This document shows positions 1-13,732 of a DNA stretch of 64,000 nucleotides, piece after piece (within the stretch, counting starts at the first letter, position 1; the number at the start of each line of letters is the position of its first letter). Location of the stretch: the NCBI GenBank assembly GCA_047495785.1, contig JBLDXI010000033.1, positions 2,108,001 through 2,172,000 of the forward strand. The letters are read 5' to 3'. The notes beneath the pieces are model-generated. The model did no database searches, was not told where the DNA came from, and saw nothing but the letters and a program-made list of their open reading frames with translations. The position numbers were made by a program, and so were the translations under genes. This DNA comes from Lepidodermella squamata (lineage: Eukaryota > Animalia > Gastrotricha).

Positions 1-1464
1 AAGAAACTGGGGTCTCGACTCCGCGAGTCACGAGGGGTAGGGCCACCTTTAGCTCGAACCAAGGTGTCGCCATCACCTACATCAGCATGGCTTCCGTAGA
101 CCCGACTCGGCTCTCTCGCCACTCGTTTTACCGGAGGGATAACCACCCGATTTTTCCTCAGATTCGCCGAGTTAGCCTTTGGTTCTTGGTCTTTCGTCGC
201 AGCATTTGCGTTCTTCTTAGCGAAAGACTTGTTCGAAGATTGCTGACTCGCTAAGCTTTTCTGGCTACGGCTTGTCAATTGATCAGTGCTGCTAGCCCGC
301 TTCGGCTTTTTCGCCGCTACTGGAGGCGCTTGGCGGGGCACGGGAGTTGCTCTATTCCCCCACCGTCGACTTCGAGAAGAATTGGGGCCCCGAGTCAGCG
401 CAAGGCACTCGTCGCTCACCGTTCGCTCGTGCATAATGCCGGGCCACTTGCCGTTGCGCTTGACAAACTTCTTGCCCGACATGGTCGACATGATACTGCC
501 GCGATCGGAAGACCGGTTAGACATGCAGGAACTGCTCCTTGAGCGAATAAACTATGAAAAATGGATCGAAATGTATAGCAAAATATTCGTAACACTGAAA
601 ACAAACTTCATCGATTTCGCGTTGCTCCTGTCGCTTTCGAGATTCAACTCGATCAGTGCGATGTTTCATAAACTGCGCGAAATCTTGCTCCATCTTTTTG
701 AAGTCGAAGCTAGTTCTTACACCTGAAATGTACGAAACAGATGTGTTTGTGAATCTTGTTCGATTGAGACCTTACTTCTCAAACGTTGGCTCAAATCACT
801 GTTTTCTTTTTGAATTTTTTGAAGGCGGAAAAATTCATCAGTGTGAGCTGCTTTGTTGTTGAAAACCACCTGACGCATGCGCTCGTCGCCAGACGTTAGC
901 CGATTGTGAAAGGATGGTTTTACTGCCTCGAGGAGTCGATTGGCATAGGAATTTTTCCGAGCTATCTCCTCCAGGCCACGGAGTCTCTCCCGATACCAGG
1001 CATCTCTTGATAATTAAAAAAATTAAATGGGGCTATGAATTGAAAAGGGCTTATACCTTCTGCTTCTCTTAAAATGATCTTCGCTGTTCATGTCTTTCCA
1101 TGTGTCGATTTTCGGCTGAACCTGACTGATACGGTCGCGGTGACTTGCCCATGCCACGAGACGGCCGTAAACTAGATTAGGAAATCTATGCAAACATTGA
1201 TTACAGGGTTATTACAGATTTTTGTAATTTTTCTTACTTTCCAGGATTTCCTAGGGTGTTCTCGAACTCTGGCTCCACTGGTCGAGCAATCAGGTACAAG
1301 TTCTCCTCCATGGTCGATGTTATGATCGGTTTCGTCTGACGGGTTGCGTTCAAATACGATGGCGGAGGGACACGTCGACTCGGCGAGGATGACGCGTTAC
1401 TCGGGGCCCGGCCGTTATTTGTTACAGGAGGCAGCGTGCCCCGATGGCCAACAGCGGCAGCCAT
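1..1464 (-). CDS. CFAP97D/Hemingway (KIAA1430)-domain-like protein with a long basic low-complexity C-terminus; runs off the left edge of the window
   Basis: Hand-spliced exons 1464-1238, 1185-1057, 1005-776 and 722-~610 are phase-consistent, and an open frame continues from ~540 to base 1. Motifs HRDRISQVQPKIDT and RLQKIQKENSDLSQRLRSVRTSFDFKKMEQDF resemble the CFAP97/Hemingway domain. Confidence 0.55.
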
Positions 1465-2478
1465 TTAGCGCGTATTGAAGTTAAATATTTCAACTTCCTT
1501 AAAATCGCGTTTATAACAATAGAATTCTTCGAGTTTCGCCGATTTCTTACTATATGTTTATCACGATTGTAAGCTCGTGCCTGTTTATTAAGCAGTTGTA
1601 TAGGTTTGTGCTCATCGCCTGAGCGAGCATCCGTTGCCAAGGTGCGACCAGCTTAATCTGTAAATAATTAAACGCCCAAGGAAAGACCTTTATTCAGTGT
1701 GGCATGCGCACTTTCCCCATAGCAGCAACTTATTCTGCTCGAAGACATCGATTTCACAGTTAAAGCTACACACCATCGATCGGCGCGTATCGTCAATATA
1801 TACCGACCGAAGCCGCGGTCTAATGGAGGTGGCACTTTTGGTGTAGGCGCATTACAAGTGTGACGACGGGTGGTCAAGCCCATCGCGTCCAGTTGTTTAT
1901 ACCTATACACACCATCTATTTGTTTTATGCTTGATCGCTTTATTTTTTTGTTGATCTGGTGCGCTTTGTGTACTCCTGCGCTAGCTGATCAATTTCTCAG
2001 CGGTGATAGAGCGCAACCGCCAAATAAATGGACACATTGCGTCAAGTTCATTTTTTAAGGTGATTCATCGCCACTATCGAAAGGAAACATGCACTTGACA
2101 CCGAAAAAAATAAAAATGGTGTCTCAGGAATTATTGCCAGCTAATTAACAGGCGTCGTACTTGATTAGCCGCAACCAAGAATGTGTCGCCGACGAATGAT
2201 TAATTCTGATAAGACGCAATAATAACGTGAGACTATTTTTTCGTCTCTAGAATGTCTGTATCACGCTGGCAAAGGAAGGTGTGCATAAGTAATATATGCT
2301 ATACGAGATCCTGTGCATGTTTATTATCAATAAACTCTGGCGCCTAGCAATTGGCCAAGAATGCGTCAGGCGCGTCGGCGGACATGTAACTGTACAAAAG
2401 GGCGGATTTGATTTAACCATCGATAAAGCCTAATAGTTCATCATCCACCCAAATTACAATATTTCACACGTTGAAACA

Positions 2479-3550
2479 ATGAAATTTCGAAACAAATTCA
2501 TCTTTGCAGTAGTTATTGCCTACATTTTCATCGCCGATTCTTCGCAAGGTGAGCAATTTTAGCGCAGCATATTTTAAGGCAGTGTTTTACGCAATTTTCC
2601 AACTAGTCTGCTGCGAAGACAAAGCAGCCGAATGCTCGAACTGCAACGTCTTAGATACTGTCTCGGCCGCTTCTGGAACCAACGTTGAACTGTACTGCCC
2701 GGTGACGCAGCAGAACAACATTATGTGGAGCACATCTAAGGTACGATCTTAATAACAAACAAATTTTGTAAAAAAAAATATTTTGCTGTCGATTGCAGAC
2801 AGGCTCCGCAGTCGCGAGTTCGAAATCGAAGGAGGTCGCCCCGGGTTATGGCTTGGATGGTGGAAATTTGACAATTGCCAGCGTAAACGCGGACAAGCAT
2901 GCCGCTACCTACACGTGCAAGGTCTATGGAATCGACGGAGCCGACAAGATTAATCCTTACCAAATTCCACTCGTAGTGATCAGTAAGTCCAAAAATGAAG
3001 TCCAGTAATATGTATGTTTGTGAAATTTACAGCATTGCCATCTGGAAAAATGACAACCAGCTATAACGGGGAAACTCTACCAGGTGGGGTTGTTAGTAAC
3101 ATCACCTGCACTGTTCCGACAGCGTCACCAGCTGTAAGTCAATTCTGCATCCTTGAAATAATATTTTCAACGATTTTTCTTAGGCGAAAGTTCGGTTTTT
3201 CATGGCTAAAAATTCAGCTTCGACTTACGCTGAAATTTTCTCGGGAATCACCACCACCTATGTCAGTGGAGACGGTATTTGTTTTAGCTGTTAATATTTC
3301 AGCAATCATCTGTTTTCTGTTTATTTTAGCTACTTCGGGGTCTACTCAAGCTTTGCTTCAATACACATTTTACCCGAACCAGAACGGATATGTTTTCAAA
3401 TGCCAGGCTGATATTTCCACGTTTTTCAATGTCGACTCACTTACGTTCACGCCAAAAATCGACACTTCAAAGTACCTGAATTCGGCTAATTCATTCGGTT
3501 ACCAATTCCTGCCGTTGTCCATTGTCTTCGCATTGTTTTTTGTTATCTAA
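2479..3550 (+). CDS. Secreted two-Ig-domain protein with a hydrophobic C-terminus (probable GPI anchor)
   Basis: Signal peptide MKFRNKFIFAVVIAYIFIADSSQ. Ig1: VELYCP..IMW..NLTIASV..AATYTCKV. Ig2: NITCTVPTASPA..YVFKCQA. Ends NSANS...LSIVFALFFVI*. Six exons with GT-AG introns. Confidence 0.75.
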
Positions 3551-4434
3551 AGAAAAAACATATCGTATCTATTATTATTATTGCCACTGCTTTCCAACCA
3601 GGTTCCATCGAAAATTTGAATTTCAATAAATTATTTATATAAATTAAAACGCAGGTCGATTTCATCTCTGTTTATAGTAATTTTTACTGTGTTTTGTGTG
3701 GAACCCTTGAACACGCAAAAGAAGAAAAGTATAGAGAAGCAGAAAAATCGCTATCTTATTATAATATATATACGTCCTACATCATTTTCGTTGATGACAA
3801 CAACGGCGAAAAGAAGATAGACTATACCATGATGTATATAGCTCGTCGAAGCAGGTACCGCAATAATTTACGTGAAGCATCAGGACGACGATGAAATTAT
3901 TAAATCTATATGTATACGGATTAGGCAAGTTACAACTGAATCAGGCTTTTTATGAAGAATAACAATAAAAACTCGACGACTAAAACGATTTGTGATGAGG
4001 CCAAAAGATGAGATGAGAGAAGATGCGCATCAACAAAACGCGGTGAGAGGAGACAACGGCAGCAGCGAAACTCAACATTGACGCTACACAGCGTATAGCT
4101 GACCGAATAATATAACGTTACAGGTGACAACAACTGCTCAATTGTCAAGATTGTACAGCGAGATAGAGGTGCGCACAAAGGAGCCGGAAAAAAACTACAT
4201 CAAGTAATATTGCATGATCTATAATAATATTATAATATTTACACAGAACGAAAAACTGCTACAGTAATACACAAAGTTTATTCCAGTTCTTTTACAATAT
4301 GAGAGAGAGAGAAAAGCCGTGTGGCAGGCAACCCAAGCAGCGCAATAAAATAAAGAAAAAAGACGATAATTTCAATAAATTTTGCATAATTTTTTTCGAT
4401 AATTATTAATCATTTTATTTTATCTGTCTCGTCG

Positions 4435-7400
4435 CTAATACACAATCAGATTTTTCGGCGAAGACGATGCCGATATGGGCTCAGCCCCGCTTGGCGACAT
4501 TTGATTATCCTCCTCGGTGACTTCGACTGGTTTCGCCTCGGCCTCTTCGTCGTTGACTTGCAGGGGCGACTCCTCGCGATCACTCGCCGTCGACTCAGGC
4601 CGGCTGGGTTGCGCGGTTTGAGCGGTGTTACGAGGCGTCAACGATGCTGGCGACGAGTCGGTGGTGATGCCCTGGGCGAAGTGCAAGCCAGGCCAAACAG
4701 GCCGATCAGTTACCGCGGAATTGCCGTTGTCGTTGATTTGCTGCTGCGACGCCGCGCCGGCTGCGAGCACGTTGCGAAGCAGCGGCAGAGCGTTCTGCGC
4801 GAAACCAGGCGGCAACTTGCTGGCAAGACCCGCTGCCATGGCTTCGGCGGCGGCGTTCGACGGTTGCTGTTGCTGTTGTTGTTGTTGCTTCGCTGAGTTG
4901 GCGACGAGGCGCAACAGCGGGAAGTGGTCGCAATTGGGAAGGTGTTGGAAGAAGGTCTGCAGGCCGTTGAGTTTGCACTCGCAGTACGGGCACGAGAAGT
5001 CGGAACCGACAAGGGCGGCCGAGGCCGATGAGTGGACTCGAGTGGCAGACATTACGCATCCTGATTGAAAAAACCGATGAACTTAAAGCCTTCGCTCGAT
5101 TTTATTCAACTTACGTTGTAGACGAGTTTCTCGATTGTGTTGAATTTTTTGGTAAGTCTGCAATAAAAATAACACGCATTTAATTAGGTCAGATTTTCAC
5201 TCTTTTGATTTCAATTATATTTTAGTGTAATTTCTTATTTCGTCTTATTCAACTTCTTCTTGTTCTTCTGTCGTAGAGAACCTGGTAATGAGACGGAGGC
5301 AAACAAGAGGGCGGAATGGTCGATGTTTGCCAAATCAGAGATCACGCACCTAGAAGTGGCATTATTACACCTCCTGTCTTCGCAGGGCAAACAAAATTAA
5401 AAGGCGATCGCTGCTATACCGTCATTATATATACATCACCTCATCTCGCCTATGTGTGCTTTTGCTTCTCAGTCTCGTTTGCTCAAATAGAGCTGGGTAT
5501 AATAATTTCAAGAAATAACAACGAGGCGACATAACGTACCTCGAATCGATTTCGCGACAAGTCGGCTTCGGTGTTCCGATGATGATGAAGATGATGATGA
5601 GTTCCGTTGCTGCTGCTGCTGCCACCGCCGAGCTGCTGTTTGTTTGTCGACGTCGCTAATGGTGCACCGTCGCCAGCCGCTTTCGGCGATGCTTCCGAGC
5701 CACCTCTGAAACGACAAGAAGAATAACAGCTGTGAAAGTTAAACACACCACCGCAATTCTAATATTATTTTTGTAGCAGCAGATCACATCGATACGGCAC
5801 ACGATCATATTACTCGGTATATTGTTGTTGTTGTCGCTGCTATTACTTTAATTATTATTAGGTAAACTGAAATCACTTGCTGCGTATAAACCATCGCCGC
5901 GACACATGTTGTTTGCGCGGGCAAGTGACCCGAAAAGCGCGCTCACTTTGCGCGATGAGTCGCGATCGCACGCGTGCAATTTTTAATAACATGTTGTTGC
6001 GCGCGCGCTGGCAAATCATCGCTGTTACCAAATCATGATTTTACTCAAATTTGTAAAGAGCAACAGGTCCCGCGTGGCGATGATGTCGCAAACGCGCGAC
6101 GCATGATTAGACAGCCCGCAGCGTTTTCGGCTCTGAAATCAGTTTATCAGTTTTATAGGCCCGAGCTCCAGGACTGCTGCTGCTGTTGTGATGATCGTTT
6201 TACCGACCAACTCAGCTCGCGATCATGATTGCTGCTCAAGTATAATAATCGTAATAACACTAATAGTATCAGCGATATGTGACGGCGCCGATTTTGTCGC
6301 CGAACTTGGTCGTGCGGGGGCAGAGCGCGGAAAAGCTGTTAGCTAAATAATAAATCGACACGTCGAGTCTCGGTGTTCTTAATCGGCCATCGATGAGGGA
6401 CCTACTGCGGCGATGAGCGGAGCCACTTCAGCGAAATTGGCATCAACTCGGCGGCGACAGAATATCAACGCGCGCTTGACTTGCTGTGATCGCTGCCGAT
6501 CACGCAAAATAAGTAAACCAGTGTGTGTGACACGACTTACCGAGCTCGTTTAGCGAGTCGATCGCGCTCCGCTAGCCAGTGGCTTTCGATTTCGTTAGGT
6601 GCCAGGCGCAGGCCGCAGATTTTGCATACGAGTAAATCGTCATGCAAACTGACCTTCCAAGCGCGTTTCCGCGACGATGACGCGTGATTCGAGCCAGAAT
6701 CTAACGAAAAAAGACGAAAAAGAAAGAAATTAATTCAAAATCACCCATTTTCAACCATTTTTTTATCAATCACAAATTTTTCGGTTGCCTCAAATTTAAA
6801 TTCAGTCTTAGTTCAGGTGTTGCATAAGTCACTCAACGGCGGCAAGGTGAAGTCAGCAATAAAGCATCGCATGTGTTAAATCGAGATTAAAAGGGCGGTT
6901 CTTAACTGTCTATTGTACGAGGGAGTACGGCGAGGTTCAGGTGAGTGAGCGTGTGTGACTCGCGCGCGGCTTATGGCACCTTTTCAAGACAGCCCATAAC
7001 TCCCATAAAGCAGAAGACCAGTTGACACGTTTTAAAGGCGCGAACTGCCGACGCCGCCGCCGCCACCCCATTTAGCGTCGTCTTTCAACGTCAACAACTG
7101 CCGCGTTATATTGGACAGAACCTCGCTTGCTTCTGTAACGCGATTAGCGCGCAACTTCATACTTCGGTCAAGCGCGCGAATAGACTTTTTGATACGATGT
7201 TAGGTATAAATTTAAACAGGTAACGAGGCTTTGTTTTGAATGCCTTCACAATGGCTGAGGTGGTTTGCTGTTTTGGCAAGTACTAAGAGTAGGTACACTG
7301 CGACTGCAAGAGACAACTTAAAGCTGATGCTGCTGCTGCTTCTTCGCGGCCGGTTGCTGCTTGATAATAGCCGCGCGACACCTCGGGTCCGGGTGTCGTC

Positions 7401-9950
7401 AAGTTGTTGGTCGTTTAAGTTTACGACTATTTTATATTGCTGCTACCACCGTATCAAATAGGCCTTTCGCCACCTCGGTGTTTAAAATAGTGCTCGCGCG
7501 ACGGTGGCTGGGGTTAATCCGAACGCGCAATTTGCGCACAATTTCATCGCCGACAACAACAGCAGCAGCAAAAATGACAACAACTAGCACAGGCGATGCA
7601 GCGGCGCCGATCTCTATAAGATAAAGCACCTACTCGGCAGTTGTTTGATGAGTTTAGTTTTGGCGCCACATATCTCGGTGCCTAAGTGGATTAGCCGAGG
7701 ATTTACTTGTCATTATTTTGCCAACAACATGCCCCAACGTGCCAAGCAATATAAAGCAATATAAAAGCAATAATTTCATATAAGTCTACCTATCTATCCT
7801 GGAGCTATCAACGTCGCGAAGCAAGCTTGCTTTTTCAGCCGCGCGCTTCATAAAAACGGCAGCGACAAGCACTAAAAAGTATTTATTGTTATTATCAACA
7901 GCCCAAAACAATAATATAACAGACCCGCGCTCGCTGCTGTCAAGCGTGGCGTGACGATGCGCGCGCTAATGCCGCCTGTCTCTTGGCCGTGATCCGCAGC
8001 GAAGTCTTTATTTTCGCCATATAGACTGCTCGCGCGCCTGCTAAGAAGAGCAGCGATTACCTGCTCCAACTACAGCTCCTTGTATGTGTGTAATTTTTAC
8101 GACCAACGGTGTGCGCGTCAACAAAGCGCTATGAAGATTAGTGGCGCTAATTCCAATTTTTATCCACCTCAAAACAAGCGTCGTGCGAAAAAGCGCATAC
8201 GCACTCGACTGCAGGTGAAATTACTAATCACAATGAACAAAAGACATTCCTGTATAATTAAATCACGCTTAAAAAAAGCTACAGAATAAAAGAATCAGAC
8301 TGGAGGCACGTAAAAGGGATAAAAAGAAATTAGGAGGCTGCGGCCATGTCCCAGAATTGTTTCACCTAATAGTAACGGTTACGTTACTATAAATAAATCA
8401 GCCAGAGTAAAGCGGAATCTTTTTGATTTGAATATAACTGAGATAAAATGAAAGGGAAATCATAAATTTTATTCGATTTTAGATCCTGACATTTTTGCTA
8501 GTTCGCATTTCCTCGCAATTTTTTTTGAATATTACGCGTCAGTGGTTTTGTTTTCAATGAGTACTCCATTTCATGATTTCAAATGTCTCTTAATTCTAAA
8601 GCTGCCTCATTGTCTTGTCAATTTGCCGTTGTGACTTGGGTGATCAGCTATAGGTAATGTATCTCGCGTGACATTTCTTGCGCAACTAATCGGCGACCGA
8701 TCGACCGGAAGTAAACAGTAGCGCGGGCGATTAATTCGCAGCCACACCTTTTGCCGTGATTGCGAGCTGATGGTGGCAATGATGGACCAGCAGACAAAAG
8801 GCAAGCGGCAGCTGCTGGCGGATGGCTGGCATCATTTTAATAAAACTCGAAAAACGGCGCACCCGGCGTAATCGAGCGAAAATAAGATCGAGTCATCGCA
8901 CAAGTTATTACCCGCGCGCGCGATACTGCATCTAATCTCTAGCTGAACTACGAACTAGTCACTAGTGGATGACTTGAACTTGGTTAGGAAAGTGGAAACA
9001 GGCGAGCTCGGCCGAACTTGTCGACGCCGAACGTGACTTGGACGCTAAAATGGACCGCGCTTTGAAGATGCTTCGAGCTCGCGCACTGTATAACGGCTCG
9101 ACTTCGCAACCGGCACGCAGTTGCCGAGGCATAAAATCCGCGGAGTTAAAACCACTCCAGAACAAGTAATAGAAAAATTTAACAGACCTGACAGACTGTC
9201 GGGCCGTCGAGCGTGAGCTGGGCTGCTGCGCGAGGTCGACAGGTTGATTGGCTGTTCGCGTTTCACCGAGCCCGAATTCGACGGACTCGCGTGTTGCTGC
9301 TGTTCCGCAGCCATGGCATTCCCCAGCATAGCTTGCATCAACATCGCAGTCGCATTTGACTGCTGCTGGTTCTGTTGCTGCTGTTGCTGTTGTTGTTGTT
9401 GCAGTAACTGCTGCTGCCGGATTGAGGCCTCTAAAAATTGAAGATTCGAAGCCTGACCCGGTGATTTCGAAGATCGCTGCTCAGCTTGGCCGTTATTCGA
9501 AGCCGCTTGTAACAACGCGATCGCCATTGCAGGGTTAGTATGTTGAAGTAAAGTCGCGGCTGCCAGCATATCCGGTCGTTGTTGCGGATTCTGTTGCTGA
9601 GCAGCGGCAATTTGCTGCTGTTGCTGGATAACTCTAAGCAAGGCCTCAGCCTGTTGGCTAGCATTCGATTGAGAGGAAAGCTGGGCAGCGAGTTGTAGAA
9701 CGGCGGCTTGAGACGCACCGGGTTGAAATAAATTAGCCAAATTCGGCGGCTGTTGATGTGATTGCTGATCAATCGGCGACGAATGCGGTGATTCAGATTC
9801 GCGGTTCGTCGAAGACGGGTGACTGGTTTGCGGTGATGAGGAAGGACCGGCGTTTGGCATGAACAAATTGTTCGGACGGGAGTTGGCGGACGCAGTGGCC
9901 GGGTTGAAAAACGGCGCTTTTGTCGACCACAAATTCAAACCTCCGAACAT
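4435..9950 (-). CDS. RNF220: RNF220-like protein (two zinc-finger-like motifs and the RNF220 middle motif; polyQ-rich; no RING found)
   Basis: Phase-consistent exons 9950-9188, 6700-6541, 5705-5540, 5157-5115 and 5060-4435. CKICGLRLAPNEIESHWLAERDRL, RFETYQKIQHNRETRL and CPYCECKL..FQHLPNC match, in order, the RNF220 motifs CPICQVLLRPSELQEH, RYQTFLRVRANRQTRL and the second CxxC..H..C motif. Confidence 0.75.
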
Positions 9951-10390
9951 GATTGTAATGAGATAAAATAACTATAATAACAAGAAAACAGTGCGTCCTG
10001 TTAGATCTCGCCCTAAAAGGTTATAAAACAGTGATAAAAACTAGGAGGAGAGAAAACGAACGTGACGGAAATATTATTGCGAGGTAATCAACCTAGTCGA
10101 AGGTTAATTGGTCTATAATAACGCCGGCATAAAACTCGGGTGAGTTGCGCGATTATTATAGGCGTGAAGTGTCGGCAAGTCGTCATCCGGTCTGGCAAGG
10201 TAATAATAATAATAATATTAATAACCGTCGCGACCCGGCACGTTTTTTTCCGCACGTGCGATCGGCAGTTGCTGCTACCTCAAACATCAATTTGCGACTG
10301 CTGCTGTTGTTGCCTGATGAGATGCCACTGGATGTGGATAAGATAGATAAGAGGCGGCCAGAAACGGTGATGTGCGAATGCGCGCATGTG

Positions 10391-10413
10391 ATTGGCCGGC
10401 CGCGCTGGCCAAT
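10391..10413. promoter_or_regulatory. Inverted pair of CCAAT boxes upstream of the RNF220-like gene
   Basis: ATTGGCCGGCCGCGCTGGCCAAT is near-palindromic and sits in a GC-rich patch about 440 nt upstream of the ATG at 9950. Confidence 0.4.
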
Positions 10414-12355
10414 GAGCGTGCGCGGCGTGAGAACCAACACACAGCGCGCGATTTAACGACGATAAAACTACCTAGACCACTTCCTAAGCTCGGTGTTGAG
10501 TTTTATTGACATTTCAGGGCGTTTATTTCACTGCTAACTCAGCGGCTCAGGGGTATATTACCGGCGGCTGATAAAAAACTTCAAAGGCAGCGTGTCGCAC
10601 TCACTTTCAGCTGCTGGGCGGCTGTGTCAGTTAAAACAAGAGGAGTTGTGATAGATATAGTTCACCACTGTGTTGACATGTAAATAAATAATCAACCGAA
10701 TAGGCACTTGCAACAAGCACTTTGACGCGGTCTATATCTTTTTCGGCGGTGTCTCATCGGTCCCGCTAATTGCAGTAGTCGCATTATTATCGTCCTCCTG
10801 GCCGCTATGCTACCTAGCACTCGAGTGAATCGACATTATTATTACACCATACCGTCAAGATATTGCCTGGGAAATTTTTGCAGTTCGGTAGCCAGGAAAG
10901 TGCGTATCTTATCACAAACGGGTCGTAGTCTCACATCATGTAGTAGAATTGTAGCCGAGCGCGAAGGAGCGCCCCGGGATGTGAAAGTTTATTACTTGGG
11001 CGATAAAGTTTGCTCACTGCTGGTGGCGGTCACCACCTTGTGGTGTTCGATTTGCCGTGTATTTGCCTTGTTTTATTGAGGCACGCCCGGCACCTGTTTT
11101 ACTCAGAGTGTAATAACTGTGATTTCGAGTGCGTGTAAAACATCGCCACCTGGTGTCGCCACCACCACCACCAGACGATGATTGTCAAAATGTGCGTTTC
11201 AATTTGTGGCTAGCGCCTGCGATATCGCAAATCATGAACCTGATTTCGCGCTACTGCGCATGTGTACCCAGGGCAGTATTTTATGGTGTGTAAGTGTTTG
11301 CCCATTCCGAGATAAACGGCTCAGTCGAGTTTTTATTGCACCCGATGTAACCCGATGTAACTGCTGCTGATCGCTGCTGCTAATGGAGCGGCTGTTTACA
11401 ACACGAAATCTGAAACGTTAATTGTACAAAACTGAGTCAAGTGTTTATAATCGCAACACGCAAGTTGAGACGAAAATATATCCGCCGCTTTTGTGGCGTG
11501 TCAGGTACACCGGCTGCGATTAACTCACCTTTCTGAATGAATCCCATGGGTTGATCGCAAGCATAGCCTTTTCGGCGAAATAATCCTATTAAACAAGTGT
11601 TTAAAAGTCGGTTCTTCCGATGTATTATTGAAAGCGAGCGTTAGACTCGGCTATTGTCTTATGATAATAATGCTATTAGGTGATGATAGCGCCGCACCCT
11701 GAGGAATCCATCTTAGCTGCTGTACAGTGCAGTGTGTTATTTTAGTTAGGTTCGCTCTCTGTTGCATTTGTGTTTACAGAATAGCGCATCTCGGGTGTAA
11801 TTTGTACAACTATCAGGTGTTAACTAGCGCTGATATATCGCAACAATTAGGGCGCACACGGCCATGCGCCGTTGGTTTGTTGTTTTTTGGCGCAAACTCG
11901 TTTACTACTACTATCAATTGTCTCCCCTTGTAATACTCTTGTTATCATCATCTCTCATCGCTCTTGTTAAAGTGAACAGCATCCGCGCTGCTCAGCAACA
12001 ACGCCGCCAGATGTACTCTAGAGTTGCGATAACAAACGGCTTCGGCGTATCGCCGTTGGGATATAGAGCGCCTCCCGAGCGCGGCGCCGTCGATTCACTG
12101 CGAGTGCAGTAACCCAACAACCAAGCCAACCCCCCAGCAGTTAACCAGCCACTCCGGAACATGATCGCATTGCCATGTTATCTGAGAACTCGCAGAGCAA
12201 TGAGCCGTGTAATGATAATTGTATATTTAAGGCGGATTGCCCGCAGCATGTATCACCAACACCTGTTATTAACGCGCATATTAATACTTATATCTCATTA
12301 TAACTTTATTTCTCTCTATTTTGATTATGTCAACATCAGCAACAACAAAAAATAA

Positions 12356-13462
12356 TCAATGATGCCCGTTCTCGTTTTCGTCCAAGAATTTTTTCAGCGC
12401 CACTTTAGCGGCTGGCGAGGTTTTGTAAGCCTGCAACAGCATTTGAGCTTCGATCGGGTGCATTGTCGGGCCGGGTATAACCAGCGAGTGAAGGGGACCT
12501 CCAAGATCGATGGCCGATTCGTCGTCCGCCATGAACTCTTCCAAAGCACCAGTCGCGATTGTGGCTGAAGGGTGTCCTATCCGACACACGGCAACGCCCA
12601 GAGAATTCGCAGTGATTCCGCTGCGAGAAAGTCGTTGAGCCAATAATTTCTGATTATCATCAGCATCTTCATCCGCAGCAGCTTTCTCGATTAGCTTGAA
12701 GCCATCGACAAGCTGCTGGCAAGCCACCTTAACAGACATGAATCTCGGCGGTTCTTTCAAATGGCGGCGACCTCGCATTAAATTCTCGACGGTCACCTCA
12801 CCAACCTGGGCAAAAAACTAAATTTCCCGAAAAATGAAATAAAAAACTCCACCTTAATATCAAGAAGACAGAGTGTGTGCAAATCGCGCTCATAATTTGA
12901 TAGCATTTTTTCGATGAAACTAGTCGGTTGCCAAGAGTCGGTCCAGTAAGGAATGGAAATTATTTCTCCGAACCGATATATTTGAAGGCCAGTTATCGCT
13001 ACGGCGCTGACAATCGACGCATTCGGTACTACTTGCCACGGAATCGATCGAGCAACTGCCCGTAAAATTAAATCTGAATGAGTTGTTGAACTAAAAAAAA
13101 CGTAGATTTTGGAAATCTCGATTGAAAATATGGCGAAGTTTTACCATAATGAATCTCCGACTACAAGAAAAGCCACAGTGCCATTAACTGCCGGGTTTAA
13201 AATTTCATCCGCCTTCTCCTCAACCATCTGCCGATCAGCAACGACGATTTTTTTCGAATACAGTTTTTCCTATTATCCAAGTGGTAATTTTTTGGGAATA
13301 TGCGTGGAATTTTCATACCAGAGCTTCAACTGAGCATTCATCCCCAAGCAGGACTGAAGTGTATGCCTCCAAGAAAATAGCGTCCGCTTGTTCAATCACC
13401 GCCTTTCCCTTGAGAGTGACCGAATCAGTCCCTGCCAGACCCAAACCAACAAGGTACAACAT
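12356..13462 (-). CDS. DPH5: Diphthine methyl ester synthase
   Basis: MLYLVGLGL..FLEAYTS, FLVVGD, HTLCLLDIKV, EPPRFMSV, LGGPLHSLVIPG..HPIE. Four exons. Confidence 0.95.
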
Positions 13463-13732
13463 TTGGAATAAACCTCTAGAAAAAGACGAAAGATGCACGA
13501 CTTCATCGTTTATTTTTCTGAATTCCGACAACAAGTCAGCCAATAATAACAAATTGAAGCATTTTTTTTTCTTTCGGAGATTACAACAAAAACCGGTTGA
13601 GATTTACTTGGATGGCAAGATTGGATCAAATTGTCTTTGATTCAAAAAAATTTGAGCAGTCGAAAATTGATCAAATATTTCGTTTATGATCGAATGAAAT
13701 AAAACCAGGTAACAATAAATGCATGAAAATTG

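Noticed and set aside
9045-9187. C-terminal extension of the 301-aa ORF
   Set aside because: It reads through a donor at 9187. Splicing to 6700 is in phase and restores the RNF220 motifs.
4501-9538. Plus-strand ORFs with poly-Cys or poly-Leu runs (4501, 4625, 9244, 9356; similarly 30202)
   Set aside because: They are antisense shadows of CAG/CAA polyQ tracts in the RNF220-like and NEMF genes.
10000-12355. Short ORFs upstream of the RNF220-like gene
   Set aside because: No domain, codon or splice support. More consistent with regulatory non-coding DNA.
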